Program-made: the position numbers and the translations under genes
The notes under the pieces: generated by a model
The model's input: the letters and a program-made list of their open reading frames with translations, nothing else
Database searches by the model: none
Told to the model about the DNA's origin: nothing
In this document: piece after piece, positions 15,601-27,600 of the stretch
How the letters are laid out: the number at the start of each line of letters is the position of its first letter
Numbering within the stretch: the stretch's first letter is position 1
DNA from: Octopus bimaculoides
Taxonomy: Eukaryota
Direction: 5' to 3'
Assembly (NCBI RefSeq): GCF_001194135.2
Contig: NC_068987.1
Span: 61,960,598-62,024,597 of the forward strand
Length of the DNA: 64,000 nucleotides

Positions 15601-18600
15601 TTCTACAGATACTGGTTAATTAGATAAAACTTATATAATAGTGTCTTACTGATTCTTTATTTTAGTATAGCTCTGTAGCCATCTATATAATCCCTAAGTT
15701 TGCTCAGTAATATTTTCAAGTAAAACTACTTACCATACAGACTGATTCTTCTGTTTTTCTGGAAAAAATTTTTCCTTGGTATTTTGATATATCCAGGGCT
15801 GTTGAAATTGACAAAGATTCTATGTGTTTTGCTCTTAAATGAATATCTTTGTTTTATAAAAATATGATCACTTTGTTAGAGTGTTAGCAATTATTAATGA
15901 AGATGAATTACCGAAGACTCTTTCTCTTCATATTTACAGAGAAACCTACCCTAGCACAGATAAAATATTAACTCAGTTTTAAATAACTACTTTTACAGCA
16001 AGTCTAAATATTTTCTAATACCTTTATGACCATTTGGTTATGAAGTTTGCTTCCCTATCACATGGTTTTGATAAGCAGAGGTGTGATTGTGTGGTTATGA
16101 AGTTCACTTCCAAGTGTCTTCTGCCTCAGTCTTGTGAGTGGATTTAGTAGATGGAAACTGAAAGAAACCTGTCATTTATATATATATATATATATATATA
16201 ATATTAGGGATAAAAATCCAAAATAACAGGTAAAAACTCAATTAAAATCAATTTATAAAAATTAAAATTAAATTAAGTTTCTCAGTATTAAATATATATA
16301 AATATATAGTTTTAGGGAAAAGAACCAAGGTTCATGAACTCATTGATGAAAATCCACTGTCACATATAGAAAAATTAATGTATGAGTGTATGTATGTATA
16401 TGTATGCTTATGATATTTACTTATTTATTGTGCTTTTACTTATTAATTTTTCTATATGTGACAGTGGATTTTCATCTATGAGTTCATGAACCTCGGTTCT
16501 TTTCCATAAAACTATATATTTATGTGTATATATCTATCTATCTATCTATATATATATATATATATATATACACATACAGGTTGTTGACTAACGACCTATC
16601 TGACTTATGACCTATTTGACTTTATGACAATTAGCTTGCCAACTCCTGGCAGCAATAATAAATAGTCCAGTTGAAATCTAATGGACCCATGTACAGATGA
16701 TGTGAGCTAACAAACGCTTCTCCTAGGTTTGGTTATCGATCGGCACTGTGTTGGATGACTTATCCTATCGTGGAGACATCGAGGCAACCTCGTATTTGTT
16801 TATATGACGACTGCTTGAGACTCTGAAACTTTTGACTAACGCCAGTTTAATAGTATAATACAGAATGCTGTGTATGACTTTTACCTGAGAATGTACCTTA
16901 AGAATGTAAGAAAATAAAACAAAACTATGTAGGCCTATAGGCCAACTTATGACCAAATCGATTACAACCAATTGTGGTCGTAAGTCAACAACGACCTGTA
17001 TATGTGTGTGTGTGTGTGTACATGCTTACATATACTTGTTTCTATCCCTCTCATCACCTGGCACAAAGTCACCACCTTCAATACCACCCTACTCTCAAAG
17101 GATCTTTATCTTGCAAGTTACTTGGTGACCTTGGCAGTGCTGAGTCCATGTAAAAAGCATCTCGTCTGCCATCCATAAATACTATGCCAAAACAGTGGAG
17201 CTTGGAATAGTCCTCCAGTTTACCAGCTCCTGTCAAACCAGCATGGAAGATGGATGTTAAACGATGATGATGATGATAATGATGATGATGATGATGATAT
17301 ATATATCGACCTCATCATCATTTAACATCTGTTTTCCATACTGTTATGGCTTGGATGATTTAACAGGATCCAGTGAGCTGGAAGTTCATGTGGTACTCCA
17401 AAATACAGGTGTCTTACTATAGAGGAAATGGCTGAAGGAGGCAAAAGGAAGGTAGTGATATACATATGTTTATATATGTATGTGTTTATGCATGTGTATG
17501 TATTTGCCTCTTTGTGTTGGCATCATGGATGGTTGTGAATAAGCGTAACCATCACACAAGCAGGATCCTTCATTTCCAATCTTTTGTGAAAACATGCCTG
17601 ACCATGAGGAAATATTACCTTACTTGGAAAACAGTTGTTGGTTGGCAACAGGAAGAGCATCCAATCATAGAAAATCTGCCTCAACAAATTCCATCTGACT
17701 CATGCAAGCATGAAAAAGTGAACATTAAAATGGTGGTGGCTGACAAATTTAATAAAATTATAATAAATTATTATACATATGTCTTTTATATATATAGTGT
17801 CTTTTATATGTATATATAGTGTCAAATCACTGGTTGAAAATTAATAGATAATCATAGTGTGTAAATGATCTAACCACAGAATATGTAACCTTTATTACAT
17901 GGAAATAAAGAATCCCAATGAAATTGAATTTGTCTCATTTCAGTAATTTGATAAACATTCTGCTCGTTTGTCTGTTGGTTTCTCTTTCTTTTGCTGCATC
18001 CCTGTACACTCCTCACTCCTTTGCTCAATTTCAAAATTGTTTTACATCACATTAAATATTTTCCTATGGAATTATCCCTTAGCTATACAGTGAGCTTTCT
18101 ATTTTACTGTTGTTGTTGTTGTTGTTGTTATCATTCAGATCAAGAAACAAAGGATGAGATGGAAGCCTGTCAGGGCGAAGGGTCCTACAAAGTTACTGGT
18201 TGGCAATTAACCTGCCAACAATTCATAGCACTTCTAAAGAAAAGATTCCATTACCAGCGCAGAAGCAAGAAGGGCTTTATCTGTGAAGTAGGTTCAGTTT
18301 CACTTGTTCTTAATTGTTGTGAAGCATGCACAAATGGATTCTCCTAGATGCACGCATCTCTTTATGTTAATTATCATCTTCTACATTGTTTCTCAGCCTG
18401 CTCAAATAACAGCCTAAACTATCATATAATCATCATCATCATCGTTTATCATCTGTTTTCCATGCTGGCATGGATTGGACAGTTTGACTGGGGACTGGCA
18501 AGCCAGGAGGCCTCACCAGGCTCCAATCTGATCTGGCAATGTTTCTACAGCTCGATGCCCTTCCTAATGTCAATCACTCTGAGAGTGTAGTGGGTGCTTT

Positions 18601-21600
18601 TTACATGCCACCGGCATGGGAGCCAGTCAGGCGGCACTGGCATTGGCCACGTTTGGATGATGCTTTTTATGTGCTACCAGTACAAAAGCCAGTCGGGGAG
18701 GTGGGGGCTGGCATCGACATCAATAAAGCACTTGAGTAGTACTTTATTTTATGGATCCCAATGGGATTTGAACTCAGTGTGTGAAGAGCTGAAATAAATA
18801 TTGCAAGGCATTATGCTTAATGTTCTTACAATTCTTCCAATCCACCATTTTCATAATAATAATAATGGTTTCAAATTTTGGCACAAGGCCAGAAATTTCA
18901 AGGAGGAATTAAGTCAATTATATCAACCCCAGTGTTCAATAGGAACTTGTTTCATTGACTTCAAAAGCATGAAAGCAACGTTGACATTGGCAGAATTTGA
19001 ACTCAAAACAAGGTGGTGAGCTACGCCAGGCAAAATGCTTAGCAGTATTTTGTCTGTCTTTACGTTCTGAGTTCAAATTCCGCTGAAGTCGACTTTGCCT
19101 TTCATCTTTTTAGGGTTGATAAATTATGTACCAGTTGCATATTGGGGTTGATCTAATCGACTGGCCCTCTACCCAAAAATTTCAGGCCTTGTGCCTAGAG
19201 TAGAAAAGAAATTGAACTCAAAACATAAAGACAAACGAAATGCTGCTAAGCATTTTGCCTAGTGTGCTAACGATTCTGCCAGTTCGCTGCTTTAAATGAT
19301 GATGATGATGATGATGATAATAATAATAATAATGACAATAATAGATGCAGTATCAGGCAGTGGCTCTCATGGCTTCTCAACTGATTGGAAGTGTTATCAT
19401 GTACATTATTTTGTCTTGGTATAAAAGATGGGCTACAACAAATATTCTGCTCAACACCACAGATTTGCTTGTCATTTGTTTGACCTTAACCAGTTGAGCA
19501 TGTCCCTTAGTGGCTGACAATATGTGCATCTCTGATCACAAGCAGAAGTAGTGGGGGAGCATCATAGCCATGTATTGAGTGGAATTATTTGAGGTTTGGA
19601 TAATTCACTTTTGGAAACATAGGTGTTTTGTTCAACATCATTAAACATCCCTTATTCAGGGACCTTTTGAGCTGGCTGGGCTACTCAACCTGCAGAAAAT
19701 TCTAATTGGGCCCCACCTCCAAGGTCATGCACTGTTAACCTTGATATGAGATCACCATGTTGCACACATATGGTTGTGATGCATGTGCCTGGTGTACCCT
19801 TATCAGATGGATGGTCATGATGGGTATACTGTGTGTCATATATTTTTTACCCTAGTGTCACTTTGATGGCATGCACTGCTCTCTCACTCAATAATAATAA
19901 TATTATTATTTTATATTATATTCAGAATTCTTAAATGTTTTGAGAATAATGTCTCATTTCTCTATCACTATTCTCTTTATATTTAAACTGAATTCTTCTC
20001 TTGCAGATCTTATTACCTGCTGCTTTTGTTTTGCTTGCCATGATTCTGGCTATGATAATTCCCACATACAGTGAGGAACCACCATTAATTCTCCATCCAT
20101 GGCATTATGTTCCTGTCGAAAATGATCGTCACTTATATATGTTTTTCAGGTAGGTTTTTCAAGTTGGCATTTTTCTTTTATTTGTTTTAAAGATTATTAT
20201 CAGTATTGAAGAGAATTGATTAGTTGATAGGCATGGACATAATGCTCCCACAAATTGTTCATATTTCATCATTACTACATTTCTTCTTCTATCGTGAAGA
20301 TGCTTTACACTCAATGAGATCCTCATAGATGGAATACCTTTGATCGTAAGTCTACTTAAATAGGTCTGACCTGGGGTTAACAGCAACACCGATAACAAAG
20401 ATGTGAATATATAGCAAACAGTGCATGAGTTTGTTAGAATGGAAAATAACAAACATGATTCTACAAAAATAAGCACTATCTGTTTCAGTATTTGATTCCA
20501 GATCAAATATTTTATCAGAACCATAAGAAAAAGGAACATACGTAAATATATTGATTCCAAATTTTGTCACAGGACCAGTAATTTGGGGGTGGGGGTAAGT
20601 CAATGAAATCAACCCCAGTACTCAACTGGTCCTTATGTTATCCTTATTGTCATCGGATCATTGGGTTCAATACCACCCAATCTGAAAAAAGCATCTGAAA
20701 ATCTTAGAAATACCCTACAAAAGTCAGAATTACTTGGAACTGCATGCATATTGCATAAAGTACTGTGTGTCTGAGGTCCTTGTGACTTGATAAACAGTAC
20801 AAATCCCCAGTAGATACAATATCTTCAATCAACAATCTCACTATATTGTATACTGTGCAATGTCTATAATAATAATAATGATAATATCTTATGAAGTAGA
20901 AATTGAATTTTTCTTTTTTAAAGTCTTCCTAAGGTTAAATTGCTAATTGTGTTTAAAAAACATTATTTAATGTCCCTCATCCCACATTAGAATAAAATAT
21001 TTTGCCATAAAATGAAATTTAAAAATCAGGTTTTTTTGTGTGAAATTTTAAATTGAAAATCTCTCAATTCACATATCTCATTTATTTTTATAGATGAATT
21101 ATTGTAGCTTTCTTGAATTAATAATATAAATTTTTCATATTTTCTCCTAAAAGTAATGATGCTCCATATAACAATATTACACAAAATTTGGAACAAATGT
21201 TATTGTCAAGAGTTGGAATTGGTAACAGATGTATGAACAAAAGTATATATTCACTTGAGTAAGTATAAAAATTTTAGCAAATATTAGTGTGTGTGTGTGT
21301 GTGTGTGTGCATTACATACATATATATTTACATATATAGTTTTAGGGAAAAGAACCAAGTAACTATATATTTATATTTATATTTTATACTGTGAAACTTA
21401 ATTTAATTTTAATTTTTAATAAATTGAATTTAACTGAGTTTTTACCTGTAAATTTGGATTTTTATCCCTAATATTATTATTATATATTTACGTATATATT
21501 TAGTATAATTTGAGTGAAAACCTCGTGATGTGCATTTCAAATCTCTTATGTTGTTGCTGTAATTATAAAAGAATGATCTTCTATAATGATATATGAATAT

Positions 21601-24600
21601 AAACTCAGCAACTCAAATATAATATTTCATGAATTAAAAATTGAATTTTATTTCTTTTAAAATCATCTTAAGTTTAAGTTGTTCATTATGTTTAAAAAGA
21701 TATTATTTGATGCCCTGCCATCCTTAACTTAGAATAAAATATTTTGACATTTAATAAAAAGAGCAGTTTTTCAGTTTAAAATTTAAAATTGAAAATTTTT
21801 CAATTCACTTATCTCATTTTTTTTATGTTTAATTTCAGTTCTATGAATTATTGTATCCTATGTGTATATACATATATTTAAAACACACATACACATATAT
21901 ATGCATATGTCTATATATGTGTGTGCATGTATTTGTATGATTATGTGTGTGGATGAAATGCATGCACTGCTTCTATTTTACTTCTTTCTGTTATTATTAG
22001 TCAGCTAGTTAATCAATTAATAAATTAACCAATTTATTGCTTGATTCGTCATTCTATCAATCAGCATATTTGTTAGTCCCACCATCACTGTTTATGACCT
22101 TACCAGTGACATACCCTTATTACTCCAAGTCAGTCTCATCATCTCCAAACTTTTGTTGGTGCATTTATTTTTTTGGAGATGTGTATTTGTGTGTATGTAC
22201 ATATACACGTGTTTATGCCTATATGGTGGCAGGTGTATAGGTACATATAGGTGGTTTGTTGGATTTTTCATATGATTAGTATCTTTATCAGCAGACTGTC
22301 TGTGCTTGTGTGCACATTTTAGTATATGTAGATGCCTGCAAAAGCCTTCTTGTCACTTTTATTTTTAACAGTTCATGTCTTTCAATTTAGTGCTATCTAC
22401 CTTTGATTAATTTAGCATCTCTTATATCTCAAGGAAATAAAGCATTTATTTATATACATACTTATTTTTACACACATAAGGAATATTCAAGCTAAAAATC
22501 ATTAGAAATCAAATAAAATTTGTCTCAGTGAAAGCCAGAATTTCTTACTACTTACAGAATGCACATGCTGTATCTATTTATAGTTTTGTAAATGTGTTCT
22601 GAAAATAATAAACATTTCTTCCTTCATACCTTTTGCTTCAAATGTTTTAAAATTTGAAAATGAGATGTTTTGATTTAAGTATTGTTTCCATCTTAATACC
22701 ATCTTTCACTATTTAGCTTATTAAAAATGGAAATTTGAAAAATATTCTTTTTAATATTATTTCATTTTTAATTTTTGTTTTCTTTATGTGATATAATTTT
22801 GAATTGTAGAGAAAAATGTTTACACACTTAAATACATATTTTTGAATTTATCCTTTGGCAGCAGGACATCAAAGAAAGTTGTTTCTTTTTATAAAAGAAA
22901 TAAAAGATTTTTCTATTATTTTATGAAAGCCAGAATATAATTTTAGTATTATACTTGTAATTCAGAGGCATCACATTTTCTTTTTCAATTTGAAGCTACC
23001 TCAATGAAATTGCTTAACATGCTTCTCTGTTTGTTTATGTTTTTTAGTTTAGTTTTGTTTATTTAAGAAACTAAGGTAGGCAATAAGAAAAAAATGCAGT
23101 TTATTGTTAATATGAGAAGTTTCAATCATTGCATAGTCACCATTTTTTTTTCCAGAATTTCTTTATTACTGCTGAAGTATTGAATTCTCAGGCATGTGTC
23201 CTGGGTATATTTCTTTATTTGCCTCAACCTACACATGTCACTTCCATTTCCAGTATTAGGGTTGGTTATGAGGGATATTTATTACAGCAATAAATGATAA
23301 TACCTAAATGTTTTTGAATTATCCTATCTATTTTGACTATAGAAAAAATTTTTTAAATAAAACTGTTGATGGTTTTAATTATGTGTAAATATTATAAATA
23401 ATAATTTTGTGCTTTTTACTTTTTGTCTTCTAGTGGATACCCTTGTCAGTATAAAACTTCTTACTGGACTTCTTCCAACCTTATGCCAGACACATTAATA
23501 AACTGCTCTTGTGAAACCGGAGTACAGGTTTGTCCTAAAGGTTCGTAAGCACTTTATAATAATTAATGTTCAATATAGTTAGTGATAGATAGATATTATA
23601 AGTATTGTTCTAGATATTTTTTTTTAAGTTTTAAGATTCATTCCATGTGGTTAATAAATTAGCTAAGGTGAAGACCTCTAAATAATAACACAAGGTATGG
23701 ATTGACATACCTGAATATAACCTAAGTTTGACAATTTTTTATCTACTTTGACATTAATATTTATAGTAAATATTAGGGCAGCAAACTGGCAGAATCATTA
23801 GCATGCTGGGTAACATGTTTAGCAGCATTTCATCTGTCTTTAACATTCTGAATTCAAATTTCACCTGGGTCAACTTTGCCTTCCGTCCTTTCAGGGTCGA
23901 TAAAATAAGTACCAGTTAAATACTGGGTTTGATGTAATCGATTTAGCCCCTTCCCCCAAAATTGCTGGCCTTGTGCCAAAATTTGAAACTACCATTTATA
24001 GTAAATATTAATACATTGAAAATATTCTTATCTCTATTCATGGATCGAGTACAGACATGATTTGAGGTGTCTAAATTGCATGTGAATTATATCTGTATGA
24101 AAATTTAAGGAGGAATGAAATGTAGTGTAAAACACGTGTGTTTGTTTCTAAGGAAATAGGCTGTTAATATGAAAGATTAAAAGGTAAAGATATGATATAG
24201 CAGTTCACTGCTGAATGTATACCTTCTCATACCTGAAGGCTTTTGGTTGTACCAATGACTTATTAATACTCAGTACTAACTTGTTGTTTACCAGGTGCAC
24301 AGTCAATCTTAGCATTTATTTCTGTCAGTTGAGTGTGCTGGCGCAGTGTAAAATAATATAGCCGACTCGGGCACACAACACAATTTCAAGATCGGAATTC
24401 CAACCATGAATTAAGGTGTCAAGCTGGCCAAAGTATTTGCTTGCCGGGCAAAATTCTTGGTGACATTTTGTCCATCTTTACATTCTGAGTCCAAGACCCA
24501 CTGAGGTTGACTTTGTCTTTCGTCCTTTCATGGTCCATAGAATAAATTCCCTGTTGAGCACTGGCGTTGATATGATTGACTTAAACCCTCCCATAAAATT

Positions 24601-27600
24601 TCTAGCCTTGTATCAGAATTTGAAACCAGTATTAACATGAATTCAGAGCAGAAGATAATTCTTTAAAAAATTATTTTAGCAAAAAATTGTGCTGATCATT
24701 TTTAAACTAAAGATAACAGGAAAATGTGAAATGTACATATATGCTGTTAGTGTTTTATGTGATTTGGGAAATACACATATTTGTGAATGAATTTAAAAGT
24801 TGAATAAATCCCAAGATTTCAAATAATCCTTATTGGTGATCATTTTTATTGCAGTTAAGTTATATATTACAGTTTCAAGTTGGGATTTATTGTTTTTATT
24901 TATATCATTTAGTGGCTCCAAAGCTATCATCTTTTACAAGGGAGTGCTGAAAAGTTCCTGGCTTTGGGTAAAAGAAAATGCAGGAGGATCAGTTTATTAT
25001 GATTTTATTCAACACACGTTAAACAATGATGATGATACTCCCCTCTCAGATTCACTTAGTCCTTCAGGTTTTTGAAACCCTTTAAAAGAACTCAGAAGGT
25101 TGGACCTCCAACCAGGCCTTTTGCTATACCCTTGAAGCCGTGAACTTTTCAGCAACCCCTCATATAAGTCACTTCAGACGTTGACTACTTTACAAATAAT
25201 TACCAAATCAATTTTCTCTGTAGATCCTGCCTATCCTCAACCCCCTGCAAAACTTATATCTGAAACAGATATCATGTATAACATGACTGGACGTAATATT
25301 TCTGATTGGATTGTAAAAACAACTATGGAATATGTTAAAAAACGGTACTGAAAATACTTATTTCTTAATACTTTCTTGTAATGTAATTTGTCAGCCTTCA
25401 AAGTACATTTACTTTTCTACTGCATTACTACTACTTTATACTATTTTATTACTTATTTACTACTTTTATACTTAGCTTCAACATTGACATCTGAGTCTTT
25501 TGAAGTGAATCTAATATTATTCACTGATCCATACTTCTCATGTCTATCAAACTATTTAAACTCTGCTAATGACCATATTTTCATCTGATCTTTTTCATTT
25601 TTCTCCTTTTCTGATTTTATTTATTTATCTATTGTCTAAATATCTGAAATGACTTGATGATATGTAAATGCAGTAGTGGCCTGGTGTAAAAACACATTAT
25701 TTCTCTTAGTTTAAGTTATAAAGGTTCCTAGTTCAAATCTAGTTGGCAAACTGCACATACATCTTAAAATATGAAATCTGAAAATTATTGGAGATAAAAC
25801 TAATTGAAAAGTTATAATGTAATCTTATTTCATTGATAAATTTTTTTTTTTTTAGATAAGAGTTCTTAAAATCTTTTTTCATTAATTACAAAAAAATTCA
25901 TATATTTTTTTGAGTATGATTATCATGGATATTATTGATGTTGTTCTTGTTGTAGTAATGAAGTAACAGAACAGTAGTGTATGCCTTGCTCTATTTATTT
26001 ACATTTCTCTACATTCTGGGTTCAAATCCTGCTTGGGTCCAGACTTTGCTTTCCATGCTCCATCCCCTAATACTTTCACAATGAGTACTAGACTCATACT
26101 TAAATCTGTTCATATCATTATTTTATCTTGTGTTAACATCAGAAGTGGAGGTGCAATGGCCCAGTGGTTAGGGCAGTGGAATCGCAGTTTTGATTCCCAG
26201 ACCAGGCGTTGTGAGTGTTTATTGAGCGAAAACACCTAAAAGCTCCACGAGGCTCCAGCAGGGGATGGTGGCGAACCCTGCTGTACTCTTTCACCACAAC
26301 TTTCTCTCACTCTTACTTCCTGTTTCTGTTGTGCCTGTAATTCAAAGGGTCAGCCTTGTCACACTGTGTCACGCTGAATATCCCCGAGAACTATGTTAAG
26401 GGTACACATGTCTGTGGAGTGCTCAGCCACTTGCACGTTAATTTCACGAGCAAGCTGTTCCGTTGATCAGATCAACTGGAACCCTCGACGTCGTAAGCGA
26501 TGGAGTGCCAACAACATAACATCAGAAACCATTATTATGATTATTTTTATTATTTTTGTTGTTTGCATAGTGGTGAAGGTGGAGTATCAAAAATAGAAGA
26601 ATGCTGCACTAAAATTGTTTTGTAGTATTTAGTTCATCCCTGTACACTTTGAGTTCAATTTCTACCACAGTCAGCTTTTCCTTCTATCCCTCATAGGTTG
26701 AGGATAATGAAATGGTCTCAGTAATATACTAGGGTTTGTTATTTCACTACACCATTGTATAATGACACCATAGTAATAGTGCATTTAGTTATGGATCTAT
26801 ATTTTCCTTGAGTTTAAATTTTGATAAAGTTGATCAAGTACTGGTAATATACTGAGGTTCATTCAGTGGCCTATACTTCTTACTCTGTCTTCTTCTTATG
26901 AGCAAATCTTTATATTTACTGAACTTGACAAATTCTTTTGCCAAAATCTTATTATCACAAGGAATACTCATGAGATCAATAAACAGACTTTATTATTTTG
27001 GTCTTTTACAACAATATCTAATTTATTAACTTTGATGGTCCTGTGTGTATGTACTGGAAAGTCCCAAAGAATTCTTACATTTTCTCTGTCAGTTACAGCC
27101 TCAGGGTGATGCTCATATCACTTGTTAGCAGTTTTGATTTCATAATACCAACATATTAACCTGTGTAGATACTGATCAATTCTGTCATATTTTGATTTAT
27201 ACTCTACTGGTGCTTTACATACAGAGATTAGGTGGTCTACTATTTCAATCTCATCAATACAGAATTGGAGCTTTGGATCTACTTCATTTTTCATCACCTT
27301 GGCTTGGTAGTTCTGGGTCAATAAACTTTGATCTTGAGCAGTGAAGATGAAGCCTTCACTCTCTGTCTTGAGCTTTGTAGCTATTGATGGGTTGCTTCTG
27401 GTCAACAACAGCTCATTTGCTATGGGCCACATATTTGTCATGCAGAGGTTTCTAGCCAGTTTTCTATGCACTTTTTTCTTTGTCATTAATTTTACTTTCT
27501 TTGCAACAAGAGTTGTCATGTTTCCCTCAAGCTATTCATCCTGGATATCATTCATGAAATCAATAACAAACTTTTTGCTCCCCTTCAAGATAGAAGCTTC

